A DNA stretch of 64,000 nt from Candidatus Poribacteria bacterium (GTDB lineage: Bacteria; Poribacteria; WGA-4E; PCPOR2b): contig OZ252032.1 of the NCBI GenBank assembly GCA_965247655.1, positions 3,717,888-3,781,887 on the forward strand, read 5' to 3'. Both the position numbers and the translations under genes were made by a program. Positions 54,451 to 63,173 of this stretch are shown one piece after another; within the stretch, counting starts at the first letter, position 1; each line of letters starts with the position of its first letter. The notes beneath the pieces are model-generated. The model did not search any database and was not told the DNA's origin. It worked only from the letters and a program-made list of their open reading frames with translations.

Positions 54451-56229
54451 TTAACCCTCAACCGCATCAACCTTAATCGATAATTCCTCAAGCTGTTCGT
54501 TGTTGACTTCAGAAGGTGCTCCGGTAAGCAGACATAACCCGCTCTGCGTCTTCGGAAACGCGATGACTTCACGGATATTTTCTTCACCGGTCATCAGCAT
54601 CACAATACGGTCTAGCCCCGGTGCGATTCCTGCGTGTGGCGGTGTACCGTATTGCAGCGCTTCGATAAAATAACCGAATCGCTGTTCTGCCTCTTCGGGT
54701 TTGATTTTTAAGATCTCAAGAACTTTCTGTTGAATCTCTTGTCGATGGATTCGGACGCTACCGCTACAGATCTCGGTGCCATTGATAATCAGATCATAAT
54801 GCAGCGATTGGGCTTTGCCTGGATCGGTGTCCAACAGTGGAATGCTCTCATCTGTTGGTGAGGTGAAAAGATGATGGAACGGTTCGTATCGATTATTCTC
54901 TTCATCCCAATCAAACAGTGGATAATCCACAACCCATAGGAAGTTGAACTGATTCTCATCAATTAGATTGAGTTTGTGTCCAAGATGGAGTCGGAGATTG
55001 CACAGAGCGTCCGCAACAATTTTTGGTCTATCAGCGACAAACACCATTAGATCGCCCGGCTGTGAGCCCATCCGTTGGCTGATCGCTTTGAGAGTATCTT
55101 CGCTGAAAAATTTGACGATGCTTGATTCAAACGCACCTGCCTCTGTTACCTTGATCCACGCTAACCCCTTCGCTCTATAGATGGCAACAAACTCTGTGAG
55201 ATCATCAATCTCCCTGCGCGAAAGCACTGCGCCACCGGGAACAGCCAATCCTTTTACCTGCCCATCGTTTGCCAAGGCACCCGTAAACACCTTGAAATCG
55301 CAGTCAGCGACCAGATCCGAAAGGTCGGAGAGTTCCATCCCGAAGCGAGTGTCCGGTTTATCGTTCCCAAATCGCGTCATCGATTCAGCATAAGGTATGC
55401 GTGGAAACGGTGTTGGTACGGGAATGTCAGCCGCTTCCTCAAACATCCGTTTCATCAGTCCTTCTGTGACTTCAAGTACGTCGTCCACGGTCGCAAACGA
55501 CATTTCGAGATCAAGTTGCGTAAACTCAAGCTGTCTATCTGCACGGGTGTCTTCGTCGCGGAAGCATCGTGGAATCTGGAAGTAACGATCCACGCCGCTC
55601 ATCATCAAAATCTGCTTGAACTGTTGTGGTGATTGCGGAAGCGCGTAGAATTCGCCGGGATTATGTCGACTTGGCACGAGCACGTCGCGCGCACCTTCGG
55701 GGGTGCTGTTCATCAGGATAGGTGTTTCGATTTCAAGGAAGCCGTGCTCGTCCATATATTTCCGGGCAGCAAGCGCGGTCTTGTGCCGTACTTGTAATAT
55801 TTTTTGCATTTTCGGACGGCGGAGGTCAACGTAACGATGCTGGAGGCGAACATCTTCGGCGATTTCAATGTCGTCTTCAACAGCGAATGGTGGCGTTTTT
55901 GCCACATTTAAGATTTCCAGTTCATCCGCCGCCAGTTCTATTTCGCCGGTACGGAGGTTGGGGTTGACCAAGCCCTCTCCACGCTCCCGTACCTTTCCGC
56001 TGACACTTAACACAAATTCGCTGCGAATCTCGTGTGCAGCACGGTGCGCTTCGGGATCGATCATCGGGTCAAAGACGACCTGCGTGAGTCCAGTCCGATC
56101 GCGCAGGTCTACAAAAATGACGCCGCCATGATCCCGGCGGCGGGATACCCAACCGGTGAGTCGCACCGATTTACCGGCATCGGCGAGCCGTAGTTCTCCG
56201 CAGTAATGTGTCCTTTTCATTTCAGGCAT
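54451..56229 (-). CDS. aspS: Aspartate--tRNA ligase
   Basis: RTHYCGELR, FQIPRCFRDED, class-II motif 3 ...GLDR. ATG at 56229 is preferred to the TTG at 56250, which overlaps the RBS. Confidence 0.95.
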   Translation of the reverse strand: MPEMKRTHYCGELRLADAGKSVRLTGWVSRRRDHGGVIFVDLRDRTGLTQVVFDPMIDPEAHRAAHEIRSEFVLSVSGKVRERGEGLVNPNLRTGEIELAADELEILNVAKTPPFAVEDDIEIAEDVRLQHRYVDLRRPKMQKILQVRHKTALAARKYMDEHGFLEIETPILMNSTPEGARDVLVPSRHNPGEFYALPQSPQQFKQILMMSGVDRYFQIPRCFRDEDTRADRQLEFTQLDLEMSFATVDDVLEVTEGLMKRMFEEAADIPVPTPFPRIPYAESMTRFGNDKPDTRFGMELSDLSDLVADCDFKVFTGALANDGQVKGLAVPGGAVLSRREIDDLTEFVAIYRAKGLAWIKVTEAGAFESSIVKFFSEDTLKAISQRMGSQPGDLMVFVADRPKIVADALCNLRLHLGHKLNLIDENQFNFLWVVDYPLFDWDEENNRYEPFHHLFTSPTDESIPLLDTDPGKAQSLHYDLIINGTEICSGSVRIHRQEIQQKVLEILKIKPEEAEQRFGYFIEALQYGTPPHAGIAPGLDRIVMLMTGEENIREVIAFPKTQSGLCLLTGAPSEVNNEQLEELSIKVDAVEG

Positions 56230-56324
56230 TGCTTTGATTCTCTCCTTCAATTTATAAAAAGTACAATTTCATTTCTCAAGACAATAAACTTGATTGATCA
56301 TATTCTAGATTCTGTTGACATTTG

Positions 56325-56556
56325 GGTGTCGAGATATGAATCTCGACCTACAGGCTAGTAAAAAATAATGCGTAAGAAGAAACGGAACGCAGATCTGCGT
56401 TCCCTACAAATTGTCCTCGTTGATGCAAGTTTGGGGGCGGGCAAGTCCGATCCCGTTCCTAGGACTCCGATGAATCGGAGGAGGAACCTTCCGTTTCACG
56501 ATCCCGATTCTCGGGACGATCGAATCGGGACGTGACCGGGGATGCCCGACCTACAC
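56325..56556. repeat. Cluster of repeat modules between hisS and aspS
   Basis: 56325-56354 is the reverse complement of 47585-47613. A perfect 20-bp palindrome, GGAACGCAGATCTGCGTTCC, lies at 56384-56403. A long GGGCGGGCAAGTCCGA...CGTGACCGGGGATGCCCGACCTAC hairpin lies at 56434-56554. Confidence 0.75.
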
Positions 56557-56567
56557 TACTGTCAAAT

Positions 56568-57833
56568 CTAGCTATCCACCTTTTCACGCATCATTTCCGC
56601 TAACCGTTGGAACGCAACCGACTGCTGATCGCCGCTCCCCATATCCCGCACCGTTGCAGCTCCATTGCTGATCTCATCTTCGCCGATCATGACGACATAT
56701 CGTGCGTTCAGCTTGTTTGCAGTCCTCATCTGTGCTCGCAAGCCACGCCCTTTGAACTCAAGATCAGTTTTGACGCCATTCTCACGAAGATCTTGCGCTA
56801 ACCGCAGGGCTATAGGCATCGCTGCGTCCCCTAACACCGTGAGGTAGACATCCACCGGCGCAGAGGTTGGCACCTTAACTTCCTGGGCGTCCAAGGCAAT
56901 GATAATCCGATCCATACCGAGTGCGAATCCGATGCCGGGTGTTGGGTTGCCCCCGATTTCTTCCGCCAGATAGTCATACCGACCGCCACCGCCGATTGCG
57001 TTTTGTGCACCTAGTCCGCCCGCTGTGAATTCAAACGCGGTGCGAGAGTAGTAATCTAACCCTCTAACAACGTATGGATCTTCGTGATAATCAATTTCGA
57101 GTTGATCCAGATAGCGTTTCACCACCTCGAAGTTCTCGCGGCAGGCGTCACACAGGTAGTTAGATAGAAGCGGAGCGTTAGTAACAACGGCACGACAACC
57201 GCTCTCTTTGCAATCCAAGATTCGCATCGGATTTCGTTCGTGACGCGCATAACATTTTCCACACAGTTCGTCAAGATGCGCCTTCGCATACGCTGTCAGA
57301 TCTTCAACATACTTTGGACGACAGGCCGGATCGCCGATGCTGTTGAGGTGCAAAGTAAGGTCTTTGATGCCGAGTGTCGAGAAGAATTGGTTCCCTGCTG
57401 CGATAATCTCTGCGTCGATTGCGGGCGAGTCCGCCCCAAACGCTTCAATGCCAACCTGCCAAAATTCTCGATACCGCCCCGCCTGTGGACGGTCATATCG
57501 GAACATTTGACCGATATAGTAAAATTTTAAGACGCTAGCACCATCCATCAAACGATTTTGGAGCATGGCACGAACCACTGAGACTGTGCCCTCTGGACGC
57601 AATGAGACGCTTCGGTTGCCCCTGTCATTAAAGGTGTACATCTCTTTTTCAACGATGTCAGTGGTATCGCCGACCCCACGCACGAAAAGGTCTGTGCTTT
57701 CAAAAATTGGCGTACGGATCTCTTGATACCCGTAAGTGCCAAAAACAGACCGTGCGACCCCCTCAACCCATTGCCATGTTTGAACTTCTGAAGGGAGGAT
57801 GTCTCTCGTCCCTTTTGGTGATTGAATCTGCAT
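56568..57833 (-). CDS. hisS: Histidine--tRNA ligase
   Basis: MQIQSPKGTRDILP, FRYDRPQAGRYREF, GGGRYD. Confidence 0.95.
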   Translation of the reverse strand: MQIQSPKGTRDILPSEVQTWQWVEGVARSVFGTYGYQEIRTPIFESTDLFVRGVGDTTDIVEKEMYTFNDRGNRSVSLRPEGTVSVVRAMLQNRLMDGASVLKFYYIGQMFRYDRPQAGRYREFWQVGIEAFGADSPAIDAEIIAAGNQFFSTLGIKDLTLHLNSIGDPACRPKYVEDLTAYAKAHLDELCGKCYARHERNPMRILDCKESGCRAVVTNAPLLSNYLCDACRENFEVVKRYLDQLEIDYHEDPYVVRGLDYYSRTAFEFTAGGLGAQNAIGGGGRYDYLAEEIGGNPTPGIGFALGMDRIIIALDAQEVKVPTSAPVDVYLTVLGDAAMPIALRLAQDLRENGVKTDLEFKGRGLRAQMRTANKLNARYVVMIGEDEISNGAATVRDMGSGDQQSVAFQRLAEMMREKVDS

Positions 57834-58011
57834 TTTCTATCGATTACCCCTTTGTCAAGTGTATGATTATGCACGGTTACTTCTTTAACCGCTATAGCCC
57901 GCTTTTCTTCAAGCTATCCTGATGTTTTTTGTCCAGTTATTTGTCGCGATTTGGAAGGTATACCCCCTATCGTCTGTTTGGGGAGTAGGAGTCTCGATTC
58001 GGAGATCGCTC

Positions 58012-61000
58012 CTACCTTTGCATTGTCATTGCCGCTTGGATTTGACGGTGCTGCTCTTGCAAATATGGATCTCTCGGCGCGAGACGCATTGCTGCATCGA
58101 CCGATTTCAACGCCTCATCGTATCTGCCTTGTGCAAGGTATACTTTTGCCAAATCGCTGTGCGGCATCAGTTCATTCGGCGCGAGTCGCATCGCAGCTTC
58201 AAAAGCATCAACCGCTTGTCTAAACTCGTTCTTATCCGTATAGATAACCCCCAGCAGGTTATGCACACGCCAAGAATTTGCATCCGCCGCCAACGCCTTC
58301 TGCGCGTATTGGAGGGCTTCGGGGAGCATCTTCTTATGAAAATGGTAAATCGATGCCATTGCACCGAAAATGATAGCGGGGAGATTCGGGTCTAATTTCT
58401 CAAGCCTATGGTACGTGCGTAACGCTTCATCGTACCGTTCTTGACGTTCATAAATCGGTCCGAGCAATGAATAAAGCTCTGGGCGATTCGGATCATATTT
58501 GAGTGCCTCTTCAAACGCGTTCGCCGCCTTCGCTAATTCACCTTGAAGTTCATAGGTGATGCCCAGTTCAACCTGCTTTTGGACATCGCGTGGATTACTT
58601 TGTAGTGCCTGCTTAAGAACCTTTTCGGTCTGTTTGAGTTCCTGTTGATAATCTTTATTTGCCAACTCTACCGCAGCCCCAAGATTGTACCGAATCGTAT
58701 TATCGTACGGATTAATGGCTAACGCCTGATTCAATACACCAACAGCCTTCTCATATTCCCCCTTGGCATATTCAATCTGTCCTTCGATCAGTTTCTGCGT
58801 GGCATCAAAGTAGAGATCGATTCGCTTTCGCACCTCGATCTTGTCGCTCATCGTGCGACCGTAATTTGCCAAATAGGGGGTGGAGCACTCACGATATTTC
58901 GCTAGTCCCGCAATGTTTTTATGAGTTGTGTTCACCAGTGCGCGGGGCTGGAAAAATTCCAACTGTGGGTGATTGTCTGTATGGATTGGACCATCGCCGG
59001 CATACGCTCGGACCGCCTTCTCGCCCATCATAAACGAATCGAGGAGCGACATACCATCGAGGTCATCGGCTGCGAGTGCCTCGTGAACCCGCGGTATCTG
59101 CGCCCTCTCCATAAGACGCTTATAATTTATCTTGAGCCGTTCTGGCGTACCAATCAGGATGGCAAAGTCTGGCGTGTATTTATACCATATTGTTGCGTTT
59201 GGAAACACCTCAACAAAGGTTCTCACAATCATCTTGAGATGTGTTTCTGGCAGCCGATCGAGCGGTATCCACTGGCATATTATACCATCTTCTGTGAGAA
59301 TACGCTTGCACCACCTGTAGAAATCTGCGGCGTAAAGATTAGAACCCCTTGAACTCGCAAGCGGGTGCGTCGCACCTATAGAAATCACATCGTATCGTTT
59401 TGGCGTCATTAACAGATAATTTCGCTCATCATTGACCATGTGATTGAACAAGGAACTGTCGAGGACGTTATGGTTTATATCGGTGAAGTATTTTCGTGCC
59501 GTTTCGATGAGTCCCCTTGGATTTTCAACAGTGTTCACGCGTACGTCGTGCTGTGTCATGATATGGGATGTAATTCCCATGCCAAATCCGAGGATAAGCC
59601 CACGTTCAGGGTTCGGATGCAGCAGTAGCGGTAGATGGGCGATGATGCGATGCGATGCAGATTCTCGACGGGAAGCGTCGACGATTTCGTCATTGTCAAC
59701 ATAGACCCGATGGATACCTTGGTCATCCATAAACGTAGCGATATTCGCATCAACAGTTTCGGTATGCTCGGCTAGTATATCGTTTATGCGTTGCGTCCAA
59801 AAGGTCCCATTCTTCAAAAAGGGGGGCGAATTCCCCCATAGCAACACCATCAACCCAACTCCGCCGGTTAGGATGGCACCACCAATCGCGGTGCCGCTGA
59901 AAAACTGTGATTTCTCTGTATTCCGAATAATCAAAACACATCCCACCACCGTATTCAACCCGGCGGTCAAGAGAAGGCTCGGACGTATCCCAATCAGCGG
60001 AATTAGAATAAATCCCGCACATAGTGATCCAAGGAGTGCACCGATTGTGCTGAAAGGATGGACCGCCGATTGCGATTTGGCAGCAGTACATATCTGTCTG
60101 CCCAACGGAAAACTAGCCCCGATCAGGATAGTGGGGATAATCATCAGGATAAAACCAGCAACAAATTCCCAGAAGCGTCCAACCCCGAAGGCAGCTTGCA
60201 ATCCCCTGCTAATCCCATATAGGTTTCCGAAAGCCGGTATCAGGGCAGCAAGGGATAGTCCGATCCCAATCTGAACCAATCCGAAAAGGTTTACGAACGG
60301 TTTAATCCGACGTGTGATCGCTGCAAATAGAAAACTGCCAACGGCAATGCAGATCAATAAGGCGGTCAATGTGACCGAGAAAGCGTAACCCGAGTTGCCG
60401 AGAAAGGAGGTCAGAATCCGCGTCCAGAGGACGGCATAAGCCATTGCACAGAAGCCGGCAACGGCAAAGGTCCATAACAGCGGTCGCCACATTTCGCCTG
60501 CTGGAGATATTCCCGATCCGTCGTTTACGTCCTGCTGCAAGTCTACAGAAGTTTCAGACCAAGAGCGATCTAAACCGAAAGCAACCCCCGCCAGAACCAA
60601 GTTAATCACCACACCCAAATAAACCGAATTCTGAACCCCTAAAAGCTGGATAAGGAAGAACCCAGCGGCGATACAACCGAGGCTCGCACCAAGCATATTG
60701 ATTGTGAAGAGACGATCCGCTCTGAATCCTGCACATCTTTCCTTGGCGGATCTACTGAGAAGGAAAACTGTCCCTCCCATCAGCGTTGACGGAATCAACA
60801 GAACGACAAATGACAGAACAAACCGAATCCATGAAAGGGGATAGAACCCCGCACCCAGTCCGCGATAGATGAGAACACAGATGGCGTTGAGAATATCCAA
60901 CAAAGTCGGGAAGATGAGTGCAAAGATACCGAGCCCCGCTCCGAGAAAAGCATACAGGCGCAATAGTCGCTTTTCTCCATTTGCTAAACGCCTGAAGTAG

Positions 61001-61170
61001 AAGCTGCCAAGTCCCAGGCCCCCTACCAACGCACTCAACACTGTACTCACAGCAAACACTGGACTCCCGAAAAACAGGGTTAGTTGGCGTGCCCAGATCA
61101 CTTCGTAGAGCACACCACACGCACATGAGAAAACAATGACTAGCCCAAGAATCGGTTTGATATTACGCAC
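58012..61170 (-). CDS. Fused polytopic membrane domain / spermidine-synthase-like methyltransferase fold / C-terminal TPR repeats
   Basis: 1052 aa: about 450 aa of TM helices, then LILGFGMGITSH (GxGxG) within a SpeE-like region, then ~290 aa of TPR-like repeats. GTG start 7 nt after AGGAG. Confidence 0.75.
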   Translation of the reverse strand: MRNIKPILGLVIVFSCACGVLYEVIWARQLTLFFGSPVFAVSTVLSALVGGLGLGSFYFRRLANGEKRLLRLYAFLGAGLGIFALIFPTLLDILNAICVLIYRGLGAGFYPLSWIRFVLSFVVLLIPSTLMGGTVFLLSRSAKERCAGFRADRLFTINMLGASLGCIAAGFFLIQLLGVQNSVYLGVVINLVLAGVAFGLDRSWSETSVDLQQDVNDGSGISPAGEMWRPLLWTFAVAGFCAMAYAVLWTRILTSFLGNSGYAFSVTLTALLICIAVGSFLFAAITRRIKPFVNLFGLVQIGIGLSLAALIPAFGNLYGISRGLQAAFGVGRFWEFVAGFILMIIPTILIGASFPLGRQICTAAKSQSAVHPFSTIGALLGSLCAGFILIPLIGIRPSLLLTAGLNTVVGCVLIIRNTEKSQFFSGTAIGGAILTGGVGLMVLLWGNSPPFLKNGTFWTQRINDILAEHTETVDANIATFMDDQGIHRVYVDNDEIVDASRRESASHRIIAHLPLLLHPNPERGLILGFGMGITSHIMTQHDVRVNTVENPRGLIETARKYFTDINHNVLDSSLFNHMVNDERNYLLMTPKRYDVISIGATHPLASSRGSNLYAADFYRWCKRILTEDGIICQWIPLDRLPETHLKMIVRTFVEVFPNATIWYKYTPDFAILIGTPERLKINYKRLMERAQIPRVHEALAADDLDGMSLLDSFMMGEKAVRAYAGDGPIHTDNHPQLEFFQPRALVNTTHKNIAGLAKYRECSTPYLANYGRTMSDKIEVRKRIDLYFDATQKLIEGQIEYAKGEYEKAVGVLNQALAINPYDNTIRYNLGAAVELANKDYQQELKQTEKVLKQALQSNPRDVQKQVELGITYELQGELAKAANAFEEALKYDPNRPELYSLLGPIYERQERYDEALRTYHRLEKLDPNLPAIIFGAMASIYHFHKKMLPEALQYAQKALAADANSWRVHNLLGVIYTDKNEFRQAVDAFEAAMRLAPNELMPHSDLAKVYLAQGRYDEALKSVDAAMRLAPRDPYLQEQHRQIQAAMTMQR

Positions 61171-61212
61171 GGTTCCGCTCCTAAAAGCAGGTATACAGTT
61201 GATATCACCAAT

Positions 61213-61887
61213 TTATTTATGCTCATGGCGATCTTGCGGATAATAGCCGATTGCCAAACGTCCATGGTCGAGGTCGTACAGGGGCCAGTTACTATCCGAG
61301 ACACCGAATACAATTTCAAACTTCACATCCGGGTGTGTAATCGCTTGCTCGAACACGCGCACTGCGTCGCCATGACCGAGGTGATGGGGGTGTTCAGGCA
61401 GCGGTCTGTTGCGGTTAAAATTTCCGATCCGGACTGCGACGAACTCCATGTCGTACCGGCTCGCATAAGAATATCCCATCGCCTCGCCGAACACCTTGCT
61501 AACCGTATAGTTACCGACCGGCTTGGTTGGCATGTCAATCGTCCGCTTGATGCTTTTCGGATAGGGACCAAGCACCCCAGCACGGCTAGCGTACGCAATC
61601 CGTTTCACACCGTTCAGGCGCGAGGCTTCAAACATGTTGTAGGTGCCGATGAAATTGCTTTGCAGGGCTGCTTCCCATTCACTGTCCGTCCCGGTAAGGT
61701 GGATGACAGCGTCCATGCCCTCTGTGGCTCTGAGCATGGTGTCGAAGTCTGCCACATCATCTTCGATTGTGTCTTCGAGGTCAGGCATCGGCAGGCGGTC
61801 AAGCCCGCGAATCGTGTGTCGATCTTTCATGCCTTTCACAAGTGTTGAACCAACAGCACCGGCGGCACCGGTAATAAGGACTTTCAT
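61213..61887 (-). CDS. NAD-dependent epimerase/dehydratase family protein, uronate-dehydrogenase-like (short)
   Basis: MKVLITGAAGAVGSTL, ...YTVSKVFGE (YxxxK), ...VAVRIGN. Overall collinear with Udh-type enzymes as I remember them. Confidence 0.65.
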   Translation of the reverse strand: MKVLITGAAGAVGSTLVKGMKDRHTIRGLDRLPMPDLEDTIEDDVADFDTMLRATEGMDAVIHLTGTDSEWEAALQSNFIGTYNMFEASRLNGVKRIAYASRAGVLGPYPKSIKRTIDMPTKPVGNYTVSKVFGEAMGYSYASRYDMEFVAVRIGNFNRNRPLPEHPHHLGHGDAVRVFEQAITHPDVKFEIVFGVSDSNWPLYDLDHGRLAIGYYPQDRHEHK

Positions 61888-61903
61888 TCTTTCTCTCCTA
61901 TTT

Positions 61904-63130
61904 CTATTCTATGAACGAACCTTCCCGCTCTGCCCGCTCATAGATACGTTCAAATTCTGACGAACCATCGTCTTCCCATTTCTCGAAATTAATTCCCCGA
62001 ATCGCCCCTTCCTCACGACCCGTCAACCCGGCAACATCCATACCACGAGAGGAGTAAATCTTGTGCCCGCCGGGCAAGGAAAGAATACCGATGATTCTGC
62101 CCGTTGTTAATGGCGTCCCGGAAGCGAATCGGGCAATGGCATCTTCGTCCACCTCAACACCTAGGCCGGGGGCTTCAGGCACAGGGGAAAATCCTTCAAT
62201 TACCGGAATACGTTCGGTTGTTATGTCCTCTGCATACTGGTCGTCGAGGTTTATGGTGTGGGCGGTCGCAGTCGGAAGGACAGCAGCTTGATGCAGGGTC
62301 AATGCTTTCATCAGGGTGCCCCCGCTCTGTTGGATGAGTGTTTGGATGTTTGCCTGTCCGTACGCAAATCCTTTCATCAAAGTGGTGCCGATTTCACCAC
62401 CGATCATATAGATGTCCGCGCACCCTTGGATGATTTCTTGAATGCCGCCAAGTTGGGGAACGTGCATGATGAGCGGGATGCGCGTCTTCTCTCGCAGTTT
62501 CCGCCAGCCATCAATATCCGTCCAAGGCAGTGGGTCTTCGATGTAGCCGACGATTGGATGGTTTTTCTCCAATTCGTTGATGATGGGAAGAACAACCGCC
62601 AATCTCCGGTTGTGGTTGAAGTCCCAGTGAATCTTAAAGCCGGGTGGTGCAACCTCTTCGGCAAGACGGGTCTGCTCAATGACATCGTACAATGCGCTGG
62701 AGTGCATCTTAAAGATGGTATAGCCTTGGGAAGCCGCGCGTAGTATTTCGTCTCGGAAAACCTCCGGCGGACATGGCCGAGTCCACGCTGCGACAGACAC
62801 GGCATCTCGCACTTTCTGCCCCATCAACTTGTAAGCCGGCACTTCAAGATGTTTACCCATCACATCATAGAGTGCCATACCCAGTGCCATATTAAAATTG
62901 TTATGGAGAAAGTCAAACGGGCTGCGACCGATGAGGGGGTTGATAATCGACTGAGGGATTGGATCGGGAAAATCTTCACCATCGCCGTAACCGACTAGTC
63001 CATTATCTGTGTGGACTTTGACAACTAGGTGTTCGTCAATGTTACCCATGCGGACACGACCGTGGTGATCGCTGTAGCGTTCCGCAAGGGGCATAACAAT
63101 TGGGATACATTCAATATCGGTGATTTTCAT
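61904..63130 (-). CDS. Enolase-superfamily enzyme (mandelate racemase / muconate lactonizing family; probable acid-sugar dehydratase)
   Basis: MKITDIECIPIVMPL N-terminal capping domain and barrel blocks ...FKMH..., ...HWDFNH..., ...IEDP.... Confidence 0.8.
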   Translation of the reverse strand: MKITDIECIPIVMPLAERYSDHHGRVRMGNIDEHLVVKVHTDNGLVGYGDGEDFPDPIPQSIINPLIGRSPFDFLHNNFNMALGMALYDVMGKHLEVPAYKLMGQKVRDAVSVAAWTRPCPPEVFRDEILRAASQGYTIFKMHSSALYDVIEQTRLAEEVAPPGFKIHWDFNHNRRLAVVLPIINELEKNHPIVGYIEDPLPWTDIDGWRKLREKTRIPLIMHVPQLGGIQEIIQGCADIYMIGGEIGTTLMKGFAYGQANIQTLIQQSGGTLMKALTLHQAAVLPTATAHTINLDDQYAEDITTERIPVIEGFSPVPEAPGLGVEVDEDAIARFASGTPLTTGRIIGILSLPGGHKIYSSRGMDVAGLTGREEGAIRGINFEKWEDDGSSEFERIYERAEREGSFIE

Positions 63131-63173
63131 GGTAGTCTCCTGTTAGAAAATGGAAAAGATGGCTCCTGCTATG

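Noticed and set aside
57834-58011. A T-box leader upstream of hisS (and in the hisS-aspS spacer at 56251-56567).
   Set aside because: I could find no T-box consensus (AATTAGGGTGGTACCGCG-like) or specifier/antiterminator arrangement. The hisS-aspS spacer is made of repeat modules shared with 47585-47613 and 43741-43800.
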